A stretch of 64,000 bases of DNA from positions 21,640,001-21,704,000 of the forward strand of contig CM052818.1 in NCBI GenBank assembly GCA_028534125.1, read 5' to 3'. A model generated the notes under the pieces. The model was given only the letters and a program-made list of their open reading frames with translations, had not been told where the DNA came from and searched no databases. The DNA comes from Lama glama. Its lineage: Eukaryota. A program made the translations under genes and the position numbers. This document shows, piece after piece, positions 38,266 to 52,544 of the stretch; position 1 is the stretch's first letter; every line of letters begins with the position of its first letter.

Positions 38266-39568
38266 CTAATTTTACACTTTCAGAGCAGAGACTATATCTT
38301 AAATTATTTTTTTTCCTGTATAATAAACAGTCAGGCACTCATTCATTAAGAAAGGATTTATTACACATCTACTATATCCTTAGTAGTGAATTGCTAGAAA
38401 AGGAGACAGTAGCTAAAGCAGAAAATGTAATGGGACAGTAAGGAAAGTGACCTCTAACTCAATTAGTTGCTTCACAAAGCAATTCATCAAAAACCACTGA
38501 AAATTCAGTTTTTCTATCCTTATCTTCCTAAAACAATGTTTTTATATGGGCATCACATTCCATGCTGTTCCTCTCATTTGAATATCTGAAATCTCTTTTA
38601 CTGGGCAACCTCACAAGTCCTAAACATAGATATAACTGATGGCTCAGAAGAAGGTATACTAAAGTGTTAATAAGATGAAAAAGTATATTTTTCAACTGAC
38701 CAAGTTTTTGAGGTTTTACATTTTTAATTGTAATAGTATTTCCTTGACCTTTCTTATATAGCTCCATCTAAAAGATGCAACATACCTATACAAAAGGCAA
38801 CAAAACTACGTTTTCTTGGTCAGTTAATATCATAATAATTTTGCAGCTTCTCTGACATTTTTTTTGGCTCAATGGTCTGAGGTTGCTACAATGTCAAAAA
38901 TAATTTAGGATGATTATTTAAGAGTTGATTCACAGGAAAAAGAGGAAGGGAGAAGTGGGAAGGAAGAAAGACTATTTGGAAGGTCTGGCCCTGAACTTGC
39001 CACTGACACCTCCACTCCTACTGCCAGTTAAAAGCTTGGCCCCAAAGGAGAGAAAGGCTCAAAATGAATTAATTTTATTATAAGTATAATATACTCTATA
39101 TAAGTGCAGTATTACCTATATGTGGTACACAGGGAAAAATTTTATGCTTCTCTAAATGAAAAACACTAAGCTGGCCTTTTGTTTTTTAGTTTTTAGTTTT
39201 TAACATAAATAATTTACACATGTACATGTAATTTATATATACATATAATTATTATAATTTATAATAAAACTTGTGTTAAGGCCCTTAGAAGAGTGTGTTG
39301 TTAAACATGGACAATTAACTTGAAAAATATAGTCAAAATTAGCATGCTGTTTCTAAAGGGTGAGAAATTTCTGGAAGAATTTATTCCGTAGATTTTTTTT
39401 TAAGTCATAATGCAAAATCAGTCTGTTTCAGTTAAGTAGATAAAAATTAGAAAGAATAGCATAGCTATAAATTTATAATTTAACATGAAAAAGCATGTAA
39501 AATGAATCTCTCTGTAAATTCTACCAGTAAAACAAGAAACAAAAACCAAACAGCTATGCTACACCCAA

Positions 39569-39639
39569 ACACACCCACCCACACACATACATACACACAC
39601 ATACACACACACACACATACACACACACACACACACACA
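39569..39639 (+). repeat. Interrupted (CA)n microsatellite
   Basis: About 70 bp CA run with CC/TA interruptions. Confidence 0.92.
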
Positions 39640-39959
39640 AAGACACTGATGCAATATTAAAGAAGACTCAGTGCTGACCAATCTAAAATAATATATGTGG
39701 GTTAAGGCTATCCATAATTACCTGAACGTTATACCTCTTACAATAAATGAAACTATAATTCCAAACTCATCATTTACTAGAGTACAATTTAAAGAATAGA
39801 TGCTACATAAGTTTCCCTTTAAAAAAATTATTTTTAAACTTAACCCTTAAAAGGCCAGATACAAAATACGCTTGTCTAGGAATGTTCAGTGCAATGCTGT
39901 AATTAAAAGTGGGAAATATACTGCATACTAAGACAAAGCAAATCCTCAATTCAAGTGAA

Positions 39960-40060
39960 ACTTAAATTCTATTACCTACTTGATATCCTTCCAATACATT
40001 TCTTTTTGCCTAAGTTAGCCAGAGTCTGTTTCTGTTGCTTGCAATCAAAGAACTCAGTGT
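39960..40060 (+). mobile_element. ERVL LTR 3' end (LTR33/LTR16-like)
   Basis: ccttccaatacatttctttttgcctaagttagccagagtctgtttctgttgcttgcaatcaaagaac. Confidence 0.7.
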
Positions 40061-40469
40061 ACCCTAGTTCTAAGTTAAACTAGCCACTTGAAAATGGGAC
40101 ATCTTTATTTATGAAATAGATTCGTTCAATCACTATAACACAAAAAGCTAGAATTTTAGGGACAAATTTTTAGGGACTACTGAATAAATGTAGAGGTGGC
40201 CAAATGTTCTAATTGTTACCAGACAACTTCCGTTGGAAGATTGGGAATAGAGTCAGAATTCAACATCAATTCATTCCATAGACATGAGTATCAACAATTC
40301 ATTTTTTTTCTTTCTGAAAGAAAACTATGATCTAATTCATCACTGGTTTCCTATGCGTATCACTTTCCACTTCTCTTTAAAACAAAGTGAGTTTTTATTA
40401 TCATGAATTAACTGACACTCATTTTGAAAATATTCTATTTTTACATTTATCTTAAAAATATTTACCTTT

Positions 40470-40945
40470 CCCCCTTCAAAGTAATATATACCTGAAGCAA
40501 ATTAAACAATATAAAGATAATAGAGAAAAAGTTAATTTTTTCTCCATTCCATCATCTCAGGTCCCACTTTCCAGAAATAATACTGATAATTTTGTATATA
40601 TGTTTTCTCAGTTTTTGACATATTCACACAGTTTCTTTTTATAAAAATAAAATCACACTACACACATTACTCAACTTACTTAACAAATACGTCTTGGCTA
40701 TCCCTCCAGAATGTAGCATATAACTCAATTCATTCTTTTTAACTGCTGCATAAAAATCCATTTTACAGATAAACCACAATTCATCCAACAATTCCACTAG
40801 ATAGGAGTAGAGTCATCAGACTGTTTCCAGGTTATTTTCCTTTCCAATCCAAATAATACTGTAATTAACATCCCTGTACATGTGTCCTTAGGTACTGGAG
40901 GACAGATATCAAGAAGTGGGATTGCTGGGTCAAAAGGAATGAAAA
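40470..40945 (-). mobile_element. Old L1ME 3' end
   Basis: ttcattctttttaactgctgcata...ctgtttccag...taacatccctgtacat...agaagtgggattgctgggtcaaaagg. Confidence 0.75.
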
Positions 40946-41944
40946 GTGACACTTGAAATTTTTTTAAGCCTTGTATGGGAAAGTTTTAATATACACAAAA
41001 ATAAAGTGAATAGAAAATAATGAACTCCCATTTATTCATCATTCAACTTTAACAACTGCCAGGTTTTAATGTTTCCTTTTTCCTCTTATCTATGAAATTT
41101 AAACAAATCCGACTTTAATAGATCTCCATAAATGACTCTACAAGTTTATCAAAATCTTTTTTGAAACACTAGTTAGATAGTAACCACCAACATTTGTATT
41201 CTTTTTAATATTGTACATACTAACTTTTTTAAAAAGTCACCGGTAATATTCACTTCCTCCCTGCACTAAGCTCTTTGCAATGAAGAAAGAGCAGAATCAA
41301 AGCACCTAAGACAGTAGAAAAAAAGACTAAGAAAGATCATCCTAAAAGCATAAAAAGACCTTGAAAAGGAACAATATCAGCCAGGCATAGAGGTAGATTA
41401 AGTGACAGAAGCAACAAAGAGAAAGAAAGGAATAACATTAAGTAGATTTTTAAAAGCTAGCATTAGCTGGTAGGAGAAGTACTTAACGGATTGCTGGTGG
41501 TCCGAGTGGGGAAATTTGAGCAAAGAAATAGCAATTCATGAGGAATAGGACATGCTATTTGAATGTATTTTGGAACTAGCTGCTTAAAATACATTGCACT
41601 GATCGGAAAGCTAGGTAAGTAGCCACTTAGTGCTCTCCCAGCAAAAGACATTTAGAGGGAAAAACATCACCAATGTCTAACAAAATAACATTTATTTCTT
41701 TTTAAATATAAGTAACATTCCTACTAAAGAAGAATAATATAGAATGCCTGTATATGTACACAGCTATGCAAAAGACACAAGACACAAATGTGTTCCTCAA
41801 AAAAAGCATATAATGAAATTTTAAGTGCACTATAGATAGGGGCTATTTAAAGGAATCCTAAAGTAAATTATTTTTCACAGTGAACATTTTATAAAATAAT
41901 CATATCCTAGTTTAAAGTGTGCCTTCCTTTTAAAAATATTAAGT

Positions 41945-42260
41945 TCACTAATTCACAAAGCATTTATTGATTATTCACTATATGCCAGGCACTGTGGATA
42001 CAGACAAAACATCATTCCTACCTCTAGGAGCTTACAGCCTAGTGAGCAATTTAGACACAATTATAATACAATGTGATATGTTTTAATAGTGTCTTTTTTT
42101 TTTTTTAAGTCTACAAGTAAACATAACAAGGACCAATGAAGTTTAGCTTAGGAGAGTCAGGAAAGGATTTATAGAGGAGGCAACATTTGAGTTGAATCTC
42201 AAAGGCTAAATAGGGATGCAGAAGTGAAGAGGAAAAGAATTTCTAAAACTTGCACAAAGC
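41945..42260 (-). mobile_element. L2 3' region
   Basis: aagcatttattga...ctatatgccaggcactgtg...cctacctctaggagcttacagcctagt...gtcaggaaaggatttatagaggagg...catttgagttgaatct. Confidence 0.8.
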
Positions 42261-42489
42261 CTTGGTGATTCATCTCAGTATATTTAAACTGGAAATATTT
42301 TTCTACAGTGCAGAATAGTGTAGATTTGACAAGAATCATACGTGATCTACTTAAAAATTAAGTTTTTAATTTTTTATTAAGTTATTTTTAAGTTGTTGCA
42401 GCATTTATGTGAGATTGATGTATGTGTGTGTAAATATATATATGTTAAAGATGGTACCTAAGATGTTAAGTTAAATCTGTATACTAGGT

Positions 42490-44090
42490 TCACTCCCTTC
42501 CTGATACCCCACCTAAAACAAAAGTAAGTAGATGTGAAAGTAAATCGAGGGCTTATAAAGGTACAAGAAGATAACAGCAAAAAGCCAAATTCTAAATTGG
42601 CAGTGGAGAAAGTATCTACATCTCTGTGAATGGAAGTGAGAATGGGCTAAATACAGAAGGGTTTATTGAAAATATATTCACAGAGCAGTTAGACCCTGAA
42701 ATCTTATCTCTCACTCTAAAACAACCAGGTAACTACTTGTCCTCCCAGATGTTCTCCCATCTAGTCTCCAAAAAGTATAAATCCAAGGATCTCTGAACTA
42801 TGAAGCAATAGCCCAGTTGAGAGAGGGTAGTGAAGGATAAGGTAAAATATATTTTTTTAAGTGAGAAATTGAGTAACTGAATGTTGAGACTCTTCTTTCT
42901 ATCTAACCCAAAATGCTAGCAGCTAAGGTATACACACATCCAAGGCAGCAGATTCAAAAGAGTTTTCTCTGGGAAACTGACCAGCTCGAGAGAAACACCA
43001 AAATATATGGACATCCAAGGTTCTCCAAAGAACAGCCCAGCCAGATCATTCCACAGAGAAACCTGTAATCAACAAGCTAGGATATCACTGTAGCATCCAA
43101 TCAGTTTCGTAGTACACAACTCTCAAATCTCACCAGATATCTGATGAAGGCCTCTATTAGAAAAGACAGAGGCCAAGGAAAACAGAAAAAGTAACGTGAA
43201 GGAAACAGACAATAAAGAGAGAAGAAAAAAAAGTAGCAAAATATTTAAAAATTGAAGAGGAGCAATCAAGAAATAGAAAAGAATGCAACAGGAAAAACTA
43301 AGAAAAAAAGTTTTGAGTCATTAAAACGCATAAAAATAGAAATGAAAAATTAAACAGAAAGGTTGAAAGATAAAGTTATAGAGATACTCCCTGAGAGTAA
43401 AGAAAAAGTCAAAAATACACAAAACAGAAGAAAAGATAGAGTACCTGTCTAGGATGTCCGACATTTGAAAAACGGAAGTTCCAGAGACAACAGAGAAAAC
43501 ACAAAGGAGGAAACCATTAAAGAAACAATTCAGGAAAACTTGCAAACTGAAAGACATGACTTTCTACACAGAGTGCCCACCAAATGTCCAAACACAATAT
43601 TTGAAAATAAGAGTTACACCAAGATAGCATATCATCAAATTTATAACACTGAGAGTAAGAGAAGATTCTGTCAAATTCCAGAAAGAACTAACAGGTTTCA
43701 TAAAAAAGATAAAGAATTAGAATAGCATTGGACTTCTCAAGTGAAACACTAGAAGCAGAAATATACTGCTTAAAATTTTGGTGGAGAAACTATTTCAAAC
43801 TCTATTATTTTATTTCCAACCAAAGTATCATCAGATCTAAAAAATTACTTCCCCTTACTGTCTCAGGAAGCTATAGGAGTTTATCATCACCCAAAATGAT
43901 GGAGTAAACAAAAAGAAAGCCATGGTATTTGGGAAATGAGATCCAACAAAACAGAGAAATGATAAGAATCCCCAGAATGACAGTGAAGGGAGATTTCAAG
44001 ATGAAAGATTTGCAGAAGGACCAGAGATCAGAGTGGAACAGGTCAGAAGGCATCAGAAAAGACTTCATGAACATGAAATTGATGGTCTAC
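42490..44090 (+). mobile_element. HAL1-type element (same family as 21335-24100)
   Basis: tctctgggaaactgaccagc...; gaaaggttgaagataaagt...; gcattggacttctcaa...actagaagc; tctcaggaagctatagg...gaatccccagaatgacagtgaaggg. Confidence 0.7.
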
Positions 44091-44306
44091 ATATAGATAA
44101 TTTTAAGTGAAAACCTTTTAAACCTTAAAAACATACAAAGAAAATCATGTCCTGAGACAGTATGCCTACATCATTAAATTTATATTTAGCGTAGTTAGAC
44201 TAAGTCAAGCCATTTTCTCGCCAATATTCTAAAAATTGTTATCAGGGTGAATTCTTCATTGATGAAGCAATGTAGCTATTTAAATTATTTTTAAAAGACG
44301 TTTGCT

Positions 44307-44407
44307 GGGAGGAGGATTATAGCTCAGTGGTAGAGCATATGCTTAGCATACACAAAGTCATGGGTTCAATCCCTAGTAATTCTGTTAAAAAAAGAAAGAA
44401 AAAAAAA
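44307..44407 (+). mobile_element. Full-length Vic-1-type tRNA-Ala-derived SINE (camelid)
   Basis: A-box tagctcagtgg (44320-44330), Ala anticodon AGC (44345-44347), B-box ggttcaatccc (44363-44373), A-rich tail, TSD core gtttgctg at 44300-44307 and 44408-44415. Confidence 0.9.
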
Positions 44408-45129
44408 GTTTGCTGATGAGACTTAAGACACAATTCACAGAGATCATCCATGTACCTGTATGCATCAGACAATGAGATATTTATACAGATTTTAATACAC
44501 AGTAGTTTCTTCAATATGTGTACAAAGAATGTTTTATTTCTTTGTAGTAGTTTAGACAAAGTTGAAAAATCGTTTTGAGAACTGAAAATGTAGGACAGCA
44601 CATAATAGGCACTTAATAAACACTTGTTGAGACTGCTTTTTCTTTTCCAATCTATAAGAAGAGGCAAATGAAGATAAAGTTAACTACATATTTTATATAT
44701 ATATATACATACACATGCACATAACACATATATACATTCACAAATATTTAAAATTTCTACTATAGCTCTACATTAGTTTCTAATCTTATATTTTCAGTAT
44801 ATTTTATAATTTTAACTGAAATAAGTTTCAAAAATATGTTTTCTTGAAGGTATTAGTTGTTGAAAAATATTTAAAATAGTATCTTATTTTCTATTAAATA
44901 TAACAATATAAATATTTGTTCATAGTTACTGATATTCTTAGACAGCACAGGGAAAAAATTTCCCAAAAATGAATTATTAACCTGTTGCATTTTAAAAGGC
45001 TGATCTCCAAAAGAATTTATAAGTATTTTATTTAATTAGCTTTGATAAACAAAATGACTAACCAGAATAACTCTTCTTAAACATATAACTAAATAATCTG
45101 AAATAATCTGAAAATTTTACAAAGATAAA

Positions 45130-45403
45130 ACCTGTCTTAAATGCCTCCAAATACAAATGTCCATGGGTGGGGTGGTAAGGACACAAAACGGAGAATCTGC
45201 TCAGGTCCAGATAACGATTACTGTGTGAGCTCAGACTCAGTCTGCTAGATCATTACTTGTCTCAGAGAGAAAGCAGAAATCTAGGTTTTTGTATGAATTT
45301 TCCTATTTTCAAATCTTGGCAGTTAATTCAACTTTTTTTCAATTACTGCACTAACCAAAAGTGTGTGTTCTGAATTCACTTTCTATTAGTTTATGGGGAC
45401 TGT
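45130..45403 (-). mobile_element. MER102-like hAT-Charlie element
   Basis: gagaaagcagaaatctaggtttttgtatgaattttcctattttcaaatcttggcagttaattc matches the reverse MER102 core as recalled. Confidence 0.6.
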
Positions 45404-45643
45404 GGTATATGTCCTCTAAAACTGAGACCTAGATTTACCTCTCCATTATGTATATTAAATACAAATACACTTGTGTAGAATGTATGGATTCATTTGACAG
45501 TGACTAAGGATTCAAATGAATCAATATATATTGAATACTACTTGAGTCAGACCTTGTTCAAGGTACTACGGTAGAATTAAGAGGTAAGACTGGATATAAA
45601 TAATTAAATAAGCTTCCAATATTTCTCTCTTTCCTGATCTTCC

Positions 45644-45775
45644 AAAGACTGGCATATAATTTATCAACCAAACCAGGACACTTTGGGGAGTGAAAGGAGG
45701 TACTGTTAATAATCATGCTAAGAATAGGTGTAAACTGGGATCATGCCAGACAAACCTGACTGTACCATCACCCCA
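45644..45775 (-). mobile_element. MER94 hAT-Blackjack MITE
   Basis: catataatttatcaaccaaaccaggacactttggggagtgaaaggagg...ttaataat...aggtgtaaactggga...caaacc...tcacccca, about 130 bp. Confidence 0.85.
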
Positions 45776-47589
45776 ACTAAAAGCAACCTTTGATAAGCTT
45801 CAGCCTCTTGTCCCTGCCTACCCCAGGCTCACACCCTCCAAGGAAGATACTATCTTGACAGACTCAGTGCTATGATGGAGAATCAGAAGGGAAGGAGGGG
45901 AGAGGAGGGGAAGACAAGAGCTGCCTTATGATAGATACAAAAGAATTGTTTTCTAAAGCTTTTTGTTTGATTATTTTGTGTGTACAGGTGCAGAATCAGC
46001 ATCAATATGGGATGATAGTGGACAGGAGAAGGGGAAAAAAGGAAAACTGCTAAAGACTGTGTTCTTTCATGTCACTTAATCAAGAGAGGTAAAATATTCC
46101 ATTTATTTGAAAATACTTTCATTGCATGGACTTTAGACCAACACCCCTTGAGACTGAACCAGAGAGGCTATGGTGCCTGCAACCAGCAGGGTGGGGGTGG
46201 GGGGTTATATTTTAATTTGGGAGAAAAAGATTAAGAAATGGTTAATACAATATGATATGAAATTCAGTGCTAAATTGTAGAACACAAATTACAAATCTGT
46301 AAGACTTAAAAGAGATAGATCAAGGGGGAAATATGAATCAATCTTTCTCTTCTAATTACTCTAATTTCTCCTTTAAAGGAATCAAGGGGATAAACTTAAG
46401 CAGAGAAGTTGTGGTTTACATAAATAAATGCCACTTCGCAATTGTACCTAGCAGCAGTGCAACAAATCCCCACTAAATTCTGATTACGTTGTCAAATATC
46501 AAAATAAAACCAAAGTTCAGGATTAATCAAAATATTACTTAACTTTCTTTGACTATCACACAATTGAAAGTGATACTTAAGTTGTAAGTCAAGGTTCCAC
46601 CACATTTTTCAGTCAGAAACTAAGGGACCCCTGGGCAATGGTAATGACGCAGAAGTCTGGCCTCCAACCACCTGGATGGGCAAAGGCTCAGACAAAACAT
46701 GAATCTGCCACCAGGAGCAAAGACTGCCTGATCCAGCACACTAGAACAAGGAGACTGTAAGCATGTGAGCATCTACATCACATGTAAGACATCCACATTT
46801 ACCAACCCATATACACAGGCAGAACAATCGGAAACATTCCCTCATTTCTTCCATAAACTGTCCCCACCTCCCCAGGATAAAGTACAAATACTCAGACTCA
46901 GGACTGGGAATGGAGGGTGAAGGGTGAGAGAGGAGAACACAAACAAGACGAGATACATAAACACAAATGCTAAATTCATTCAATCACCAAATAATTTTTG
47001 TTCATATCATTCATAGAGTAATACAACACACACAAGCCCTACAAATGTCAAAATATACACAATTCCCTGTGGAAAGGCTGTCCTAAAGACAGGAATATCC
47101 TTTTAGCTGAGCTTTTTGTGTGACTTATGTTTATGTAAGCAATTTTTACATATCACTATAGCCATAAGCTTGAGAAACACATTAAATACCTTAGAGAAAG
47201 GGCCATGCAAAAACACAAATCAGTAGTACTATTGTATTATTGTGCAAAACCCAGCACTTCTCCAAAAAAGAAAAAAAAAATCTGAAATAAAGCAAAACCC
47301 ACATTCGGTTTTAGACTATTAAAAGAAAATGCATTCTCTCGCCCCTATCCTCACTCCCCAAATCCCCACTCCATTAGGTTGTCAACTACCTTTCAGAAAC
47401 CCTAGAGAGCCCATTTTCCAGTGACCTTTAATCAGTCTCTTCTGAGACACAATCCACTGGACAGAATTCTTTTCCATTTACCAAAGTTATTTTCTAGCAC
47501 TCCAAGTTACTACTTTCAGTTTCAATTCCCACCATGAACTTTTAAAATTCATTTCTCATCATTCTGGAGAAAGGCTACCTTTAAGAAAT

Positions 47590-47760
47590 ATGGTAAAATA
47601 GGTATAAATTCCTGTGTGACCATGTACTAAATAAATAAATTTATTAAAAATAAATTTTTAAGCAAGTCATCTTTATATGAGTATCATTTTCCTCACCTCT
47701 TGCAAAATTGTTAAGAAGATTAAATAGGAATAATATTCACAAAGTTCTTAATAAATACTG
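47590..47760 (+). mobile_element. MIR fragment
   Basis: gcaagtcatctt...tcattttcctcacct...ttgttaagaagattaaat. Confidence 0.5.
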
Positions 47761-48899
47761 CAGGGGATGCAAAAGAAATGGTAGTAATTTAAAAGAAGAT
47801 AAAGAAGTACTGCTCACTATTTGCTAGGGGAGAGGGGAGGAGCCTTGTGTGGCATACCTTCTGCTAAAACTTGGAGACACCTAAATTAGGAACATCCCTT
47901 CAAATATATAAAGGAAGAAAAAAACTAGCAAGCTTATGACAAAGACATGAATTACCTTCCAGTATTATTGCACTGGTTAAGCACTAATACGTGTTATGAA
48001 TCTAGAAAGGATTATTGGAGTTTAGTGGATTATTATGGAGTTTATTTCAGTCTTTTCTCACAATAGCAACACCTTCTATTATCAAAGAGAACCATCACAA
48101 CCCTATAATTTTTAATTTCAATTTTTAAAATTTTAAGTGAATTAGAGAGATGTCTTCTAAATGTTTCTTCCCTGGTAAATAGTAAAAACAAATGTGTAGC
48201 ACTCTGTTTATGGCTTTAGGGGTATGTTTACCCAATATTGTGTCAAAAAACAAAACAAAAAAAAACCTGCCCTGACAACTTGGAGCTAGGAAGTCAGAGA
48301 CTTGGAGGTACACAGCTAGGAAAACTACCATCCAGACACCTAACATACGTTCCAGAAATCTTTTCTAACATACCCTCTAGAAGTCTGTCTAATAAAGACT
48401 ACACATACATTGCGATTCTCAAGAGGGGCTAAGAGCCAGATCCAGAGCCAGTGCTGAGTACTACCACCGACCCCCTACTCGCAGTGGGGCCTCCTGCAGT
48501 CTCAGGGCTGCTGACCATCACCCACACACACTAACCATGTAATGCACTGAATCTTCAAGTTGAGTTTCCAACAGAACTTATAAATTATCTATGTCCAAAC
48601 TCAACATCCTTCCATTGACTGAGCTTTTAATCTCTTTGTACTCCTATGATCTGATATGGGGCTAGAGTGATTTGATCTTTGATTTTTTTTATCTCGTAAG
48701 TGTGTTGGGAGACTAACACATTAACATCTAACATGCTGTGAGCTCCTTGGAGAACAGTGTGGTTTACAAATGAAATACTTTATACTTTATATTTTTTTCC
48801 ACTGATAAAATGAACTGCTCTTTTTTTTCCACAGTACTGTCCTAAGCAATTTGAGATTTTATTATAGCTTTCAGTCAAAAAAAAATTGATATTAAATTT

Positions 48900-50185
48900 G
48901 GAAATTAAAGAGTATTTACTTTTTTTCCAAAATAAAAATAATATTGCCTTTTCCCGTTATAAAACTAAGCCATTAAAAAAATAAATACTAAAAAGCATAA
49001 AGTAATAATTATCCATAACTCCAATACACTAACAAAACACTATGAACATTAAGACCGAGTTCTATACATATACATACTGACTTAATGGGTATGTATCTAT
49101 TTTACAGAAATAGAATCATTTTCCCTGTAGTTACTTTTTAACTGAATATGTTCTAGAGATCTGGAATAGCTATAAAATATTCCATTTCATGAATTATCCG
49201 TAATTAATCAGTTGCCTAAAATTAAAGATTTATTTTTTTTATTCACTGTGCTACAGTGAATTCCTTTACATTCAACCTTTCCATTGGTTTCATTATTTTT
49301 TAGAAAAGGAATTATTAGTCAAATGATATGGATTCTTAAAATTATGAAAGATATTGCCAGACTGTCTCTGGAAAAGTAGGATCAATTTACATCCCCTGCC
49401 AACAGTAGATGAGAATGCCCATTTCCTTACAATTCACTGATTATTGCTTATCTTCTCTCATCTTTGCAATATGATAAACAAAAATTCTATCTTACTGTTT
49501 TAACTACATTTTATTACTTCATTACTAGTAAAATAATCATTTGATGTATTTATAAAGCATTGGTATTTCTTCTGTGAAATACCCTTTTCTAATTTTTGAC
49601 TATGGTTTGTCTTTTTCTTACAGATCTACAGTCTGTTCTTGCTATTTCTTTGTGGGAGCTATTTACACAATAAAGAGAATATATCTTTATCTGCATATAT
49701 GTCATAAATAATAATTACCAGTGTGTCATTAGTCTTTCAACTTTTTTGATGCTTTTTGAATAAAGTAAATTTAAATTTTTAGTTACTCAATCTGTTCACC
49801 TTTAAATTCGTGAGATTTGGGTCCCACTTAGAAGGGCCTTCCATACTTCAATATCTTAAAATTATTCATCTGAAATATCTAGGAGTTTCAGAGTTTTTTA
49901 CTTAAATATTTAATCTATCTTAAATTTATTTTGGCATATAATATAAAGGAGAGATTTGGTTTGTTTGTTTTTTTTTCTAAATTCTTAGCCATACTATTTA
50001 TTGAAGAATCCATCCTTTCTTCTCTCACTGAAGTTCCATCTTCATCTTATGGTAAATCGTATATATTTCTGTCTTTCTGAAACTACTATTCTGAAACACT
50101 GGTTTATATCTGTATTTCTGCATAATACTATATTTTTAATATTGTAGCTTTGCATTATGTTTTTTCATGTACAAAATAGTGTAAA
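48900..50185 (-). mobile_element. Highly decayed L1ME-type element
   Basis: ggaattattagtcaaa...gatattgccagactgtctct...caatttacatcccc...gagaatgcccatttcc...cttagaagggccttcc...tttattgaagaatccatcctt. Confidence 0.7.
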
Positions 50186-50200
50186 ATATTAAAACAGGAT

Positions 50201-50381
50201 TAAACAAGATTACACTGTGTAGCACAGGGAAATATATACAAGATCTTATCGTAGCTCACAGAGAAAGGAATGTGACAATGAATATATATATGTTCATGTA
50301 TAATTGAAAAATTGTGCTCTACACTGGAATGTGACACAACATTGTAAAATGATTATAAATCAACAAAAAATGTTAAAAAAA
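50201..50381 (+). mobile_element. Short young camelid L1 3' end with 10-bp TSD
   Basis: Closely similar to 10190-10370; TSD aaaacaggat at 50191-50200 and 50382-50391; tt|aaaa endonuclease site. Confidence 0.93.
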
Positions 50382-50489
50382 AAAACAGGATGGCGCACAC
50401 CAAAATTATCTCCTATTTCGTGTTATTTTCCAATATCAAAGGCATTGAAAAGGTCCAAGAAAAATAAATGAGATAGATAATAATACTAA

Positions 50490-50690
50490 CAATAAAAACT
50501 AATATAAATATTATCTACAGTTTACATAGACATTCACATTATCTAATACTACTTTCACTACACTACGAGGTAGATAATTGTTTTAATTAAAAGTAGTTAA
50601 AATTTGTTCAAAGACTTGCCTACAATCACACAGCTAGTAACTAAGCTAAAACCTGAACTTCATATTCCATGATCCTTCCATGACCCCACT
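50490..50690 (-). mobile_element. MIR fragment
   Basis: cattcacatt...ctacgaggtagat...gacttgcctacaatcacacagctagtaa...cctgaac. Confidence 0.65.
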
Positions 50691-52544
50691 AAGTTAAAAA
50701 TAGAGCAATTACCCATAAAAGCCCAAATTTCTCATTTTTAAATCAAACTACCTTACCAAGTATGTGTGTATATATAAAATACATAAATGCACTATATGCC
50801 TATACACATAAACACACATATCTATTTGTTTGAATGAGGAAAAACTTTAAATTCAAGCTGACACTCCTGAAGCTTTAATAATTCCACCAATATTACAGAC
50901 CTTAACTACATAACACAATAACAATAAAATAGAAAAACTAAAAAATGTCAACTACATTTCTTGAGAGATAGTTACCTTTGGCTTCCCAAATACAAGTAGA
51001 AAGTGAAAATATTCTCTATTTTAATACGACTATTTCCTTAGTAATAAGTAATTACTAACCCAAAAGAGATCAGTTTTGGATATATCACAAAACAGGTTCC
51101 ATTATGAGACCCCTAGGAAGAATGTAGAAACAGGAGACTGTAGCTGTGTGCAGTAAAACTGCAGGTCAGCCCCAGTAATCATTGGGGGGAAAAAATCAGC
51201 ACTGTCACGTGTAGGATTATATAAGGCAGAGGGACTACAAATTTCTCCAGAACCATGAAACGCCAACTATCTCAGGGCCCTGTCATGTAGCCCAGCTAAG
51301 AGGAAAAAAAAAATTTTTTTAAGAATGGCAGAAGGGATATTACCAATTCATTTCCCAAATTTAAATCGCAATGTTAGCCAGGACTCCTGATTCATACTAC
51401 GGTATTGTAATGAAATACAATAATTATTGAGTCCCTAAGCCTTTAGGGGCATACACACATTATATTGTATACACTGTATATAATAAATTATGAGAAGTAT
51501 TAATCATCTGTTCGTGCTGTCAAGGATGATGTGCTAAAAAAGAGCAAATGAAGCAAATTATATGTCCAATTACTGATGAAATTTTACACATACCAAATAG
51601 TAATAGCAAATAGTTGTAATATGATAGTAAAATTTAGATCAACTAAGTGCTGAAGAGAATCTCATTTTTAAAAATTTTCATTTCAGTAGAGGAAAGAAAT
51701 GACTTGGAGAAAGAGAAAATGGTTTCGGAAAAGATATAGCATGATGGGGTTTTTTTGATTGTAGGTCAGGGACTGGCTAGAAAGGAGACTCTGCCCACAG
51801 AGAAAACAGAAGCAAGAGATCTGCTTCGTGCTTGCAGAATACCCTCTTGTGACCCAAGGTATCTGAGTGACATGCTGCATGAAACACAGGAGCAGCCAGC
51901 AACTCGTTTGAGTGAAGGATGCATCCTGTACTTTTCCCCAGATGGCTTGAGGGCATCTCTTTCCAGGCATGAAGAATCAATAGCAGACACAACCTCTCCA
52001 CAGAGTAGCTTTGATATTTCAAAAGGAAGTAGGTTCTTAAGTAGTAGAACCCAAAGACTGGAATATGCACACCTATCCCTAGTTAGAAGTAAGCAAAAAA
52101 GAAGCTTGGCTTTCAAAATAATTTGTTTCCCACAATAGCAAATATAAATATATAAAAATAAGATTGGGGTCATATCCTATAGAGCAATGAATCATTATGC
52201 AGAAATGACTGAGATTCATTTTAATTTCTTCCTATAACATTTAAAGGAATTCAAACACTGAAAGGATATCTCAAAAATATAAAACACTTTGCAAGTCACG
52301 CATTTAAAAATAATAAGGGTAAACAAAAAGAATATTTCATTTTCTAATATATCAGGAAATAAGAAATGATCTGGAAGCTTCATTTACTTTCCAAAATTAA
52401 AGGTTTTTCCATATCTTTTGATTAGAGCATAAATAAATTTGGGAAGTAAGACTGATCCTCACATCTTTGAAAATTACAATGAATAAAAGCATTACTTGCT
52501 TTTAAAGTTAACTTAAAATTGAAATTAATGGTTCTACTAAGCAT

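Noticed and set aside
44307..44385. tRNA-Ala-like gene
   Set aside because: Acceptor stem broken, A-rich tail and TSD present, related truncated copies nearby: a SINE.
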